Assembly (NCBI GenBank): GCA_038214755.1
Contig: JBBQRQ010000059.1
Coordinates: 1 to 31,266 of the forward strand
Reading direction: 5' to 3'
Source: Verrucomicrobiota bacterium
GTDB taxonomy: Bacteria > Verrucomicrobiota > Verrucomicrobiia > Limisphaerales > CANJXF01
Length of the DNA: 31,266 nt
The translations under genes and the position numbers were made by a program. This document shows, in pieces, positions 7,857 through 17,107 of the stretch (position 1 is the first letter of the stretch; every line of letters starts with the position of its first letter). The notes beneath the pieces are model-generated. The model had not been told where the DNA came from. It saw only the letters and a program-made list of their open reading frames with translations, and ran no database searches.

Positions 7857-8480
7857 TCAGTCCGATTTTGTCTCGTGCTTCGTCTTGGCAGGAACTCCGT
7901 AGGCGACTGCATCAGAAGGAACGTTGCGGTTCACCACTGCACCAGCACCGATAACTACACGGGAACCGATCTTAACACCCGGCAACACCACAGCACCCGC
8001 ACCGATCAGAGTTTCCGTACCGATTTGCACCCCGCCCGCCAAACGAGCTCCTGGCCCAATATGAACGTGATCTCCGATAATGCAATCGTGATCCACGGAA
8101 CAAGAGGTATTCAAGATACAGTTTTGCCCAACGCGCGAGTCCGCATTCACCACGACGCCTCCCAGCACCACCGATCCCGCGCCGAAGGACGCTGAGGGGG
8201 AGATCCCGCTAAATGGATGCAGAATGACCGGCGCAAGCTGGGTTATGCCTTTCAGGGAGAGAAAGATTTTTTTTCGTATGTCGTTTCGTCCGATCGCGAT
8301 CGTAATCGGCGCCTTTGTGTAATCGAAGCCGTCGGGCAAAGAGACGGGAACGCCCATGAGTCCTTTTACCATTAAACGGTCGTCGAGGATGCCTTGAACT
8401 GACCAACCGGCAACACGCGCGGTTTCGAGAATCACTTTGCCGTGTCCACCTGCCCCAAAAATAATAAGTGAGCTCATCAT
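7857..8480 (-). CDS. pglD: Sugar N/O-acetyltransferase (PglD/NeuD family)
   Basis: 207 aa; GAGGHG, AIG.N..R, VDHDC.IGDHVHI, hexapeptide repeats, GVPAK. Confidence 0.9.
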   Translation of the reverse strand: MMSSLIIFGAGGHGKVILETARVAGWSVQGILDDRLMVKGLMGVPVSLPDGFDYTKAPITIAIGRNDIRKKIFLSLKGITQLAPVILHPFSGISPSASFGAGSVVLGGVVVNADSRVGQNCILNTSCSVDHDCIIGDHVHIGPGARLAGGVQIGTETLIGAGAVVLPGVKIGSRVVIGAGAVVNRNVPSDAVAYGVPAKTKHETKSD

Positions 8481-8501
8481 TATCTTCGAAAGCGCGCCTA
8501 C

Positions 8502-9716
8502 CTAATTTGCTCTCGCTTCAGCGAATAACTGTTCGAAGCGGGTGACGCCGGTGGCAAAAGAAAGTTCCCGCTGATAGAACGCCGCTCCCTTCGTTCCCAT
8601 CATTTCGATACTCGATTTCTCTAGATGTGAAAGTCGAATTGCGGCTTCTGCGATACTTGCCGGATTGTCTGGTTCGCAAATCTCGCCAGCTTCTGCGCGG
8701 GTCACCAGATCCGCAGTATCTCCACGAATGGCTGCGAGAATAGGTTTTCCCATCGCTAGATAAGCCTGCGTTTTCGAAGGAATGGTTATGCTGAAGAGAG
8801 GGTTATCTCGCAAATGCAACAGCAAAACATCCGCGCTTCTTAAAACGCGAGCAGCTTCCGAAAGTGGTCTGGCAGAAAGAAAACACGTGCTCTGAGGCGC
8901 AAAGGTCAAGGCGTATTTCTTCAACTCGTCAAGCATTACACCGCCTCCCATGAAAACAAACTGAATCCTAGGATGAGTTTTCGCCGTGATTGCCGCGGCA
9001 TCAATGACGGCTTGTAGCCCTTGCACAACTCCCATATTTCCTGCGAACAGAATGTTGAAACGGCCGCGAAATCCGACTTTTTCCGGGAATTGGTACAAGG
9101 AATTGTCAGACAGGAGCGATGATTCGTCGCACCAGTTATAAATCACCCGAATTTTTTCCACAGCGACTCCTCGATCTGCCAACGTTCGCCGAAAGCCCGG
9201 AGAGAGCACAGCTACCCTAGCCGCTCGCTTATAGGCGAGGCGACAAAGCCTTTCGATCGGTGCCAGTAGCCAAGACTTCGCGAGTTGCGATTGGGCAATC
9301 GAATCGGGCCACAGATCTTGAATATCGATGACATAGGGAACATTTCGGAAGACTTGATTGATGGCGGCCACAACCCCAAGAGTGGGCAGGTTGTAGATAT
9401 AAATAATATCAGGTCGCCATCCGCAAAATAATCTTGGAGCCGAGGTCGCGGCAAAACTTAGATAGTTGGCGATGCGGCGCACGCCTGATTTGTCGTGGCT
9501 CGGATAGAGCCAAGTCCGCTCCACCGAAACACCCTCGACTTCTTCACGTTGATGCAACCGAAGCCGATAACCGGGATAAATGGAGCCTCCGGGATAGTTG
9601 GGGAATCCGGTGAGAATGCGGACATCGTGTCCTCTCCGCAAAAGCTCGCGCGCAAAAGGTACACTTTTGAAGACAGGCTCTGGGGTGCAGAACTGGGTGT
9701 AAAGGAGAATTCGCAC
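8502..9716 (-). CDS. Glycosyltransferase family 4 (WbuB-like)
   Basis: 404 aa; LTGFPNYP.G, IQDLWPDS, FAGNMG..QGL, TIPSKTQAYLA.GKPI. Confidence 0.9.
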   Translation of the reverse strand: MRILLYTQFCTPEPVFKSVPFARELLRRGHDVRILTGFPNYPGGSIYPGYRLRLHQREEVEGVSVERTWLYPSHDKSGVRRIANYLSFAATSAPRLFCGWRPDIIYIYNLPTLGVVAAINQVFRNVPYVIDIQDLWPDSIAQSQLAKSWLLAPIERLCRLAYKRAARVAVLSPGFRRTLADRGVAVEKIRVIYNWCDESSLLSDNSLYQFPEKVGFRGRFNILFAGNMGVVQGLQAVIDAAAITAKTHPRIQFVFMGGGVMLDELKKYALTFAPQSTCFLSARPLSEAARVLRSADVLLLHLRDNPLFSITIPSKTQAYLAMGKPILAAIRGDTADLVTRAEAGEICEPDNPASIAEAAIRLSHLEKSSIEMMGTKGAAFYQRELSFATGVTRFEQLFAEARAN

Positions 9717-9757
9717 CGGTAAGAGTGTTCTTCAAGCGGCGTGCTTAACCCTTTGGA

Positions 9758-9905
9758 TTTCCGCACTTGTTCGATCCACCTAATCCTTGTAGCTGAAATG
9801 ATTCGCACAATCTTCTTAAACAGGTCGGAAATATTGGAGTCCTCTACAATGCGCAGACGGCGAGCCAGACGGTGCCCCGCTTCATTCGAGGACACGCAAA
9901 TTGTC
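9758..9905 (-). pseudogene. Decayed 3' end of another WbjD/FnlC-type 2-epimerase
   Basis: Across small frameshifts reads LRVLE...LRIVED..ISD..KKIVRII-SYKD*VDRT-VRK, resembling the C-terminal KVVRIILSYTDYVNR.VW pattern I recall for this family; sits directly upstream of the wbuB-like gene. Confidence 0.6.
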
Positions 9906-9985
9906 GCAAATCCATGTGAAGAGAAGAATAGGGATTGGGCGGAAGGAGAGGAAACAGAGAGGGATTCTTTTCTGTAGATTAGCAG

Positions 9986-10924
9986 CTAAGTTTTGGTCGG
10001 TTTGAAGGCGATTTTCGCCCATTCAAAATATTTCACCAATCCTTCCTGAACATCTATTTTTGGTACAAAGCCAAAGTCCCTTTTAATCGCTCCTAACTCC
10101 GCCAAGCTATCACGAACATCGCCCTTTCGAGGAGCACCATGAACCACGGAAGTCTTCAATCCCGAAACATCTTCCATCAGCTTCACCAAGCGGTTGATTG
10201 TAATTGCTGTGCCACTCCCGAGATTGAACGCTCCGCTGACGCCGCGGTTGATGCCGCACATGTAGTTTGCTCGCGCGACATCCGCCACGTTGATGAAATC
10301 CCGCGTTTGCTCGCCGTCACCAAAGATGGTGATCGTTTCGCCAAAGATTAGCTTCTGCGCAAAGATGGGAATGACGTTACCGTAAGCATCATAGCGTTGG
10401 TTTATTCCGAAGACATTAAAGTAGCGCAAGCAAACTGCTTCCAGGGAGTACAGTTTGGCATACGCTAAACAAAGCTTTTCTGCACATAGCTTACTCGCTC
10501 CGTAAGGCGAATCGGGTTCGACGGGATGATCCTCAGTGATCGGTAGTGTTTTGAGTTCACCGAAGATACCGGCTGAAGAAGAGAAAACAATTTTGCGGAC
10601 ATCCGAATGGCGCGCGGCTTCGAGCAAATTGAGCGTGCCCATGACGTTTGTCTCGGAGTCGATTAAAGGGTGGTCGATGGATCGGGTGTTTCCGACGGAG
10701 GCGGCCAAGTGGAAAATCACTTCGACATTTCGGGTGGCAAGCTGGACCACCGAGGCATCGCGAATATCGCCGACGATCAGATTGACGTGTGGGTAAGGTT
10801 TAAGGTTTTCTCGAAAACCCGATACCAAATTGTCCAAGACCACCACTTCATGGCCTTCTGCCAAGAGGAGACGAACGAGGTTGGAGCCTATAAACCCTGC
10901 TCCTCCGGTGACAAGTGCTTTCAT
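9986..10924 (-). CDS. NAD-dependent epimerase/dehydratase (extended SDR, UDP-hexose/HexNAc 4-epimerase-like)
   Basis: 312 aa; TGGAGFIGS, SSSA, YGASK, LRYFNVFG, GDGEQTRDF. Confidence 0.92.
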   Translation of the reverse strand: MKALVTGGAGFIGSNLVRLLLAEGHEVVVLDNLVSGFRENLKPYPHVNLIVGDIRDASVVQLATRNVEVIFHLAASVGNTRSIDHPLIDSETNVMGTLNLLEAARHSDVRKIVFSSSAGIFGELKTLPITEDHPVEPDSPYGASKLCAEKLCLAYAKLYSLEAVCLRYFNVFGINQRYDAYGNVIPIFAQKLIFGETITIFGDGEQTRDFINVADVARANYMCGINRGVSGAFNLGSGTAITINRLVKLMEDVSGLKTSVVHGAPRKGDVRDSLAELGAIKRDFGFVPKIDVQEGLVKYFEWAKIAFKPTKT

Positions 10925-10950
10925 GTTGGATTGTTAATTGTGACTCGGTT

Positions 10951-11059
10951 ATTCCAGTTCGCTTTCAAGATGAGACAAATCCCGGTTGCGAGCGGAGCGC
11001 CGACATTCTTGTCGGTTTCGCAAGCGATGGAAAGTTTCGGCGGACACAGCCGCGCTCCG
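10951..11059. repeat. Dispersed ~110-bp REP-containing element (copy 2)
   Basis: Diverged homologue of 2075-2187 in the same orientation; right REP partly deleted. Confidence 0.82.
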
Positions 11060-11097
11060 TCACCCAATTGCGCGAGCCTCAATAAGAGTCCTGTTAG

Positions 11098-12177
11098 TTA
11101 GCGGTAGCTGAGGACGACTTTCGCCACGGTGGCCGCCACATTCCTCTTTCGATATTCGTCGGGAACCGGCCAGCCGCCACCCGTTTTCAACGCCAATTTC
11201 ATTCCCTGAACCAGACGTTCTGGATCTGACCCCGCCAGGAAATTGCTGCCGCACTCCGTCGTCTCAGGGCGTTCGGTGACATCGCGGATAGTCACGTTTG
11301 GAATATTAAAAATGCAAGCTTCCTCTTGGACCGTTCCACTATCTGTCACGACTCCGTATGCGTTCCTTTCGAGTTGGATGAAGTCAAATAACCCAAAAGG
11401 TTTCTCAAGAATGAGTTTGGTTGGATCGACTACCAATCCAGACTTGAGCATGCGATCGGCTGTGCGCGGATGCACACTGACAATCACTGGTTTTTTGAAA
11501 ACCTCTGCCAGGCGCGTCAATCCAAGTATCAAATTCCGCAAGCGATCGGGAGGATCGACATTCTCCGCGCGGTGCATCGTGGCCACAAAGTAATCTCCTT
11601 TGCTTCGCCCGAGTCGGGTGAGGACGTCGCTGGTTTTGATTTGAACGTCAAAATGTTCGAGCACTTCAAGAATCGGATTGCCAACGACAAAGATGCGCTC
11701 GCGGCGAATGCCTTCCGCGACCAGGTTAGCGGCACTGCGATGGGTGTAGGGGAGAAGGACATCGCTGCTATGATCAATGATCCGCCGGTTAATCTCCTCT
11801 GGAACCCGATTGTCGTAACAACGGTTTCCCGCTTCCAAATGATAAACCGGAATTCCCCGCCGCGCGGCGACTACCGCTGCCAAGCCTGAATTCGTATCGC
11901 CCAGGACTAATAACCGATCTGGTTTGACTTGCTCAAGCAATGCGTCGGCTTTTGCCAAAATCTGCCCAGCCTGCTCGCCAAAAGAATTGCTCTGAATACC
12001 TAAATAATGATCAACTTTTCGAATTCCCAATTCGCTAAGGAAAATGTCGCTTAGGTTGGGATCATAGTTCTGTCCGGTATGCACCAAAATCTGTTCAGTG
12101 AATTGGTCCAACTCGGAGATGATTAAACTTAATCGAATAATTTCCGGTCGCGTACCAAAGATGGTTAGGATTTTCAC
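11098..12177 (-). CDS. Non-hydrolysing UDP-HexNAc 2-epimerase (WbjD/FnlC/QnlB-like)
   Basis: 359 aa; GTRPEIIRL, HTGQNYD, LGDTNS, EAGNRC.D..VPEE.NR, TDSGTVQEE, TERPE. Confidence 0.92.
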   Translation of the reverse strand: MKILTIFGTRPEIIRLSLIISELDQFTEQILVHTGQNYDPNLSDIFLSELGIRKVDHYLGIQSNSFGEQAGQILAKADALLEQVKPDRLLVLGDTNSGLAAVVAARRGIPVYHLEAGNRCYDNRVPEEINRRIIDHSSDVLLPYTHRSAANLVAEGIRRERIFVVGNPILEVLEHFDVQIKTSDVLTRLGRSKGDYFVATMHRAENVDPPDRLRNLILGLTRLAEVFKKPVIVSVHPRTADRMLKSGLVVDPTKLILEKPFGLFDFIQLERNAYGVVTDSGTVQEEACIFNIPNVTIRDVTERPETTECGSNFLAGSDPERLVQGMKLALKTGGGWPVPDEYRKRNVAATVAKVVLSYR

Positions 12178-12256
12178 AAGACTTGCGAATAAAAAACTGA
12201 AGGTTGTAGGGTGTATCCTCGTGCTCGGACAATTCGTGAGGAAAACAAAATAAATT

Positions 12257-13153
12257 TCACGCTACAGTCCGATATGCCCGATGAGTGCGGTAATGTTTAT
12301 GCATTTGTTGAACGAGATCAGGCCAGGAAGGGGGAATATACCCGGTTTCCATTCTGAACTTATCGCCGTTCAAGGCACGATTTTGGCGAAAGTCTGCCAT
12401 TGGGACGAGTTCAATTGTTTTGCCGTAAATCTGTGCGACGAGTTTCAGGAGTTCGAACTTCGAAATGGGGGCGGACGCAACATGGTAAAGTCCATGCAAC
12501 TGAGGGTTAGGCAATATAATTGAACTGATTATCCTCGCCAGTTCGACTGTGGGAAATCCGCTGTAAATCGCTTGGGTGAACCCATTGACCCTTCCACTTT
12601 GCCCGATGAACCAATCAATAAGCCCCAGATTCCCTTTCAGCTCATGACCAATAATAGAAGTTCGGAGTGTCACGCAATGCGGATATAAAACTTCACCCAG
12701 ATACTTCGTCATTCCGTAAAGGTCTTTCGCCGTGGCCGGATCGGTTTCTAAATAGTTGCCCTGTTCTCCATCAAATACACAGTCGGTGCTAATATGAATC
12801 ATGCGTGCCCCGGCCGTACGACATACTAGAGAAATGCGATGGGGCAATTGGGCATTGATGCTGATTGCCGACAAAGGATCACTAGCAAGGGGTAATTGCT
12901 TGATTAAACCAATGCAATTAATCACCACCTTTGGCTGGATCGACGCCAAAGCTCGGACAATAGAATCAAAGTTGTCTCCATCTACATTCTTGCGAATGTG
13001 GTTTTCGTTCGGTAAAAATTCCTTCAAACCTCCTAAACTCGAATGACGGATGGTTCCGAACACCTCATATTGATCGATTTGCGATAGATGCTCATACAAT
13101 GCATGTCCCAACATGCCGGCTGCGCCTAAGATTAATATTCTCTGCTTTTCCAT
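12257..13153 (-). CDS. RmlD-like SDR 4-keto reductase (QnlA/WbvR-like)
   Basis: 298 aa; LGAAGMLG, VINCIGLIKQ, ISTDCVFDG, DLYG.TK, LRTSIIGHEL. Confidence 0.88.
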   Translation of the reverse strand: MEKQRILILGAAGMLGHALYEHLSQIDQYEVFGTIRHSSLGGLKEFLPNENHIRKNVDGDNFDSIVRALASIQPKVVINCIGLIKQLPLASDPLSAISINAQLPHRISLVCRTAGARMIHISTDCVFDGEQGNYLETDPATAKDLYGMTKYLGEVLYPHCVTLRTSIIGHELKGNLGLIDWFIGQSGRVNGFTQAIYSGFPTVELARIISSIILPNPQLHGLYHVASAPISKFELLKLVAQIYGKTIELVPMADFRQNRALNGDKFRMETGYIPPSWPDLVQQMHKHYRTHRAYRTVA

Positions 13154-13218
13154 AAATTGAACTTAGTTAGTATACTGAAAAACTGGGACGCCTCTACCAA
13201 CCTTGTCACTCTGGTTTC

Positions 13219-13356
13219 TTAGAGCGTGCCGGAGAAATCGGTTTTCACTGTAGGAGCCGAGGTAACGAGGCTCAAATATTCCCGAAGAATCAGCGCTCCT
13301 GGAACGAGAATGAGCCTCGTTACCTCGGCTCCTACATTTCTCACACACGCTCTTAG
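13219..13356. repeat. GTAG REP doublet inside a MITE-like shell
   Basis: Perfect 26-bp IR TGTAGGAGCCGAGGTAACGAGGCTCA (13249-13274 / 13311-13336); 13312-13336 is identical to 4744-4768; outer IR AGAGCGTG..GAGAAA / TTTCTC..CACGCTCT. Confidence 0.88.
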
Positions 13357-13379
13357 TTGGTAGGTCACGGGAGTCTCCG

Positions 13380-14402
13380 CTATTTCAGTTGCCTCCGAAG
13401 CCTTGCTTGCTGTATCTCGGGGAGCTTCAGCAACAGCTTCATCATTTCTTCAACCGACAGTCTGGAGGTGTTATGGGAATGATAATCCTGCATGGTATTC
13501 ATTTCTGGCGATCCTTCCGAAAAGAAAAGGTTGTAATTTAAATCCCGCGCATCCGCCGGCACTCTGAAGTAACCCGGAATTTCTACTGCGCGCGCCATTT
13601 CCTCACGGGTTAAAAGGGTCTCATACAATTTTTCCCCGTGCCGGGTTCCGATAATATTCATTGGGTTATCGGCCTTCAGAAGAGTTTTCAGTGAGTCAAT
13701 GAGAACCTGGATAGTAGCAGCAGGAGCCTTCTGCACAAAAAGATCGCCGGGCTTCGCATTTTCGAAGGCATAAATAACCAACTCGACCGCATCCTCGAGG
13801 GTCATCATGAAGCGCGTCATTGCTGGGTCCGTCACCGTAAGTGGAAACCCACCTTCAATTTGCTGAATGAACAAGGGTATTACTGAACCTCGTGAGGCCA
13901 TTACATTTCCGTATCTCGTGCCACAAAAGACCAACCCCTTTTCAGCAGCGACCCGTGACCGTGCCACCATGATCTTTTCCGAAAGTCCTTTGGACATTCC
14001 CATCACGTTAATGGGATAGGCCGCTTTATCTGTGCTCAAGACCACCACTTTGCCGACTTTGTGTTCCAACGCAGCTTGCAGAACGTTGTCTGTCCCAATG
14101 GAGTTCGTGCGAATTGCCTCCATCGGATGAAACTCACAGGACGGCACTTGTTTCAAAGCCGCAGCTTGGAACACACAATCAACGCCTGACATGGCATCGC
14201 GAAGCGAATCAAGGCTGCGGACATCTCCAATATAAAACTTCAGGCGGCTATCCTTGTAATCATGACGCATGTCATCCTGCTTCTTTTCATCCCGGGAGAA
14301 GATACGTATCTGTCCAATATCCGTCTGTAGAAACCGGCGCAAGACCGCGTTTCCGAACGAGCCCGTCCCGCCGGTTATTAGTAGCGTACGACCACTAAAC
14401 AT
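13380..14402 (-). CDS. fnlA: UDP-GlcNAc 4,6-dehydratase/epimerase (FnlA/WbjB/CapE)
   Basis: TGGTGSFG, FSRDEKKQDDMR, AALKQVPSCEF, STDKA, RYGNVMASRGSVIP, GTRHGEKLYETL; start set at ATG 14402. Confidence 0.92.
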   Translation of the reverse strand: MFSGRTLLITGGTGSFGNAVLRRFLQTDIGQIRIFSRDEKKQDDMRHDYKDSRLKFYIGDVRSLDSLRDAMSGVDCVFQAAALKQVPSCEFHPMEAIRTNSIGTDNVLQAALEHKVGKVVVLSTDKAAYPINVMGMSKGLSEKIMVARSRVAAEKGLVFCGTRYGNVMASRGSVIPLFIQQIEGGFPLTVTDPAMTRFMMTLEDAVELVIYAFENAKPGDLFVQKAPAATIQVLIDSLKTLLKADNPMNIIGTRHGEKLYETLLTREEMARAVEIPGYFRVPADARDLNYNLFFSEGSPEMNTMQDYHSHNTSRLSVEEMMKLLLKLPEIQQARLRRQLK

Positions 14403-14435
14403 CCTAAACATCACAAAGAAAAGAAGACTGTCGCT

Positions 14436-15806
14436 TTACCGGGTAACTGACTTGGAAGAATGTGCTTCTAGGGCCTGCTGCAGGTTCTGAAGAAAACGCG
14501 CCTGTCCGACCGTTGCCTCGAACCATTCGTTGGCAAACTTCTTGCCATTCGCCCCATATTGCGCCCGCAAAGGCGCGTCCGTCAACAGGTTCTGCACCCC
14601 AAGGGCGAGCGTGTCGGGATGGTCATCTGACACGGTCACTCCGGCCTTTGCATGCCGAATCATCCTCGCCGAACCATTATCCTCTGGGCACACTCCCAGG
14701 ATACAGCGGCCTGCCATCATGTAGTGACTGAGCTTTGTCGAAGACGACCATTTGGTATAGGCTGCTACGTCGGGGTCGAACCCTTCGACGTGGACTAGGA
14801 TGTCACCTTTTGACAGCACGCGTGGCAATTGATCCTGAGAGACCCAGCCGCCACACCGAATGACCTCCGGCACCCCCATTCGCGCGCGATACGCCGCCAC
14901 CTCGCTTTCGGGCGCATACACGTCGATCACCGGATGCTTTGCTCCATCGCGCGCACAGTGCTTGACGGCCAGCGCCAGTGCCCGCAACGTCCGCCAGCGC
15001 TCTAGGTGCAGTCCGCCGGTATACACCATGTGTAAGCGATCCCTCAGACCATCCGGCGCACAATGATACCGGTTTCCGTCCACCAGCGTGCTGAACCAGC
15101 TCCAGTCACACGCATAGCGGCGCTGGTATTCCTCGGCCATGGCCGGGCCAATTGCCGCCCGACCGGCGGCATAGTTGACCGCTCGACGAACCCAGTGGTC
15201 CGACGATCGCTGCAAATAGCGGCCGAAGGCTACGCTGCGATATAGCGACGTGACGAAATCGTCCGTGATATGGATGAACAGCGGCACATTCAAACGCTGA
15301 CAAGCCAGTGATACGATACGCGTAAGGCTATAGTTCCCCAGCAGCGCGTACACGATCTCCGGTCGCAAATCCCGGAGCTGCCGTTCGATCACGCTCCCCA
15401 ACCCCGAGTACACATACCAAGCCTCTCGTAGTGGTGTCACCCAACGCGCGGTCACCTTCGCCAGGTAGCTTGCCGCCCATAACCGTGGCCGCAATACCGG
15501 GTGTGCCATCGTCGGTGAGTTCTTCCAGCTGCCCAGCCGATCGGGCCGGACGACCTTCCCCCATGGTTCAATCTGGCGACATTCGCTGCAGACGTCGTAG
15601 TCGGCCAAACCCACCGTAAAGAACGGCACAATCACATGCGACAAGTGACCCCTAGGCCACCCTGCAAACAGGGAGCGCATCAGACTGCCGTTATTCGTTC
15701 CCGGTGCCATGGCGTTGCAGGAAACGATCGTGACACGCGGGTGGCCTGACATACGGGTTCCTGGCGCGCCGCCCGGTGACGAAGCGGAGGCGTCAATTGA
15801 GACCAT
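14436..15806 (-). CDS. Glycosyltransferase (GT-B, GT4-like)
   Basis: HITDD, VYTGGL...R, D.LVHVE.FD, S.STKL..YM.AG..IL; the true start may be slightly downstream. Confidence 0.8.
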   Translation of the reverse strand: MVSIDASASSPGGAPGTRMSGHPRVTIVSCNAMAPGTNNGSLMRSLFAGWPRGHLSHVIVPFFTVGLADYDVCSECRQIEPWGKVVRPDRLGSWKNSPTMAHPVLRPRLWAASYLAKVTARWVTPLREAWYVYSGLGSVIERQLRDLRPEIVYALLGNYSLTRIVSLACQRLNVPLFIHITDDFVTSLYRSVAFGRYLQRSSDHWVRRAVNYAAGRAAIGPAMAEEYQRRYACDWSWFSTLVDGNRYHCAPDGLRDRLHMVYTGGLHLERWRTLRALALAVKHCARDGAKHPVIDVYAPESEVAAYRARMGVPEVIRCGGWVSQDQLPRVLSKGDILVHVEGFDPDVAAYTKWSSSTKLSHYMMAGRCILGVCPEDNGSARMIRHAKAGVTVSDDHPDTLALGVQNLLTDAPLRAQYGANGKKFANEWFEATVGQARFLQNLQQALEAHSSKSVTR

Positions 15807-17091
15807 GACCGGACACTCCCTTGCGCGACCAGTTCAGCGTTGGGCTCCGCCGGATGCAGCGCGTTCGCCACCATGAGATCACGCTCAATCCGCAGACGGA
15901 CGCGGCAAGCAAAATGTTGGCGCTCGACACGCTTACAAAGGATCCGATCGGCATGGCGATCATCTGCAACACGATGATATACCCCATCATCCCCGCGACA
16001 ATCGACGATGCGCCATCGGCGTAACGCGTGCAGTAGCGGGCCACCCTGCCGAACAGAAAGCACGTAAGAACCAGGCCAGGAAAGCCGACCCAATAGAGAA
16101 TCGTCATCGCATCCGGGGTCCAGGTAGCCCCTAAGTCAATGAGCCGTTCCGACATTTCTTCCGCGAACGGCTTCACCCCGTTCGAGGCGAACCCGAAAGG
16201 AAACATACCGGCGATGGTGTTATGGACCGAACCTAACCACAGCTGTCTAATGACGACAGAGGAAAAAAACAAGCCGAAGAGAAAATAGCCGCTGAATTGA
16301 AATGCAATTAGGCTGATGTCCGGCAACATCTTCGACAAAATGCTCGAACGGTTGTAGCTTACCTCGTCTGTTATGAAGTCGCTCGATAGGCCGCGCGCTT
16401 CCAAATGGCTCAAGAAGACCCATCCCCCGCACATAAACACGACCAGAAACAATGCCAGCTGCTGCATGGACCAGATGTGCTTCATCCCAGTGCGTTTGTT
16501 TCGCAAAAGCATGCTGTAGAAAAACAAGATGAGGACCTCGAACGCTTCGAACGAGGTTCCGCGGGCGGTGCCGAAAAGCAGATAGCTGACAGTCATAACC
16601 CCCAAGAAGACCTTGTCACTCAACCGGGTCGTTGCCGTGCCACCCACTAGGGAAATGTAACTGGCGACCAACACGAACTTGACGAAAAACAACATCAGAA
16701 TAAACGGCGTCTTGGACAGATTCAGCGTCCCCAGCTCATTCTCGGTGAAGTATTGTTGATAGGCACCGTAGAGATTCTCATTGGAGGCGACACCTTCGAT
16801 GACCCCCTGCACACTATGTCCGGTGTAAAAGCGCACAACGAACATGGTTGAGATGCACACAAGCACCGCGACGAGGAAACGGCGCTTCCCGGACAACCAG
16901 TACGGTCGGTGTTTGCTCACGTCCAGGACAACCATGCCTCGGTTCCGCAATTGGCCGCAACCCCCACGAAAGGCGCCATAACACATCCACATCAGCACCA
17001 TCGCGGGAACCAAGTCCGCCCACGACAGCGTGACGGGAGCCACGCATGCGTAGACCGTCAGAAAGACGTAGTAATATAGAACCAGCCGCAT
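15793..17091 (-). CDS. wzy: O-antigen polymerase Wzy (putative)
   Basis: Many hydrophobic TM segments with a large loop, adjacent to wzx; start set at MRLVLYYY, with AGGAG upstream. Confidence 0.7.
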   Translation of the reverse strand: MRLVLYYYVFLTVYACVAPVTLSWADLVPAMVLMWMCYGAFRGGCGQLRNRGMVVLDVSKHRPYWLSGKRRFLVAVLVCISTMFVVRFYTGHSVQGVIEGVASNENLYGAYQQYFTENELGTLNLSKTPFILMLFFVKFVLVASYISLVGGTATTRLSDKVFLGVMTVSYLLFGTARGTSFEAFEVLILFFYSMLLRNKRTGMKHIWSMQQLALFLVVFMCGGWVFLSHLEARGLSSDFITDEVSYNRSSILSKMLPDISLIAFQFSGYFLFGLFFSSVVIRQLWLGSVHNTIAGMFPFGFASNGVKPFAEEMSERLIDLGATWTPDAMTILYWVGFPGLVLTCFLFGRVARYCTRYADGASSIVAGMMGYIIVLQMIAMPIGSFVSVSSANILLAASVCGLSVISWWRTRCIRRSPTLNWSRKGVSGHGLN

Positions 17092-17107
17092 GACAGTCAC
17101 ATCGCTC

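Noticed and set aside
6439..8274. A8 tract in pglC (6439-6446) and T8 tract in pglD (8267-8274) as phase-variation switches
   Set aside because: Short A/T runs, both in frame and explained by Phe/Lys codons; no evidence of slippage.
2075..13356. Repeats as a CRISPR array or integron attC sites
   Set aside because: No regular repeat-spacer periodicity, no cas or intI gene, and the architecture fits REP/MITE elements.
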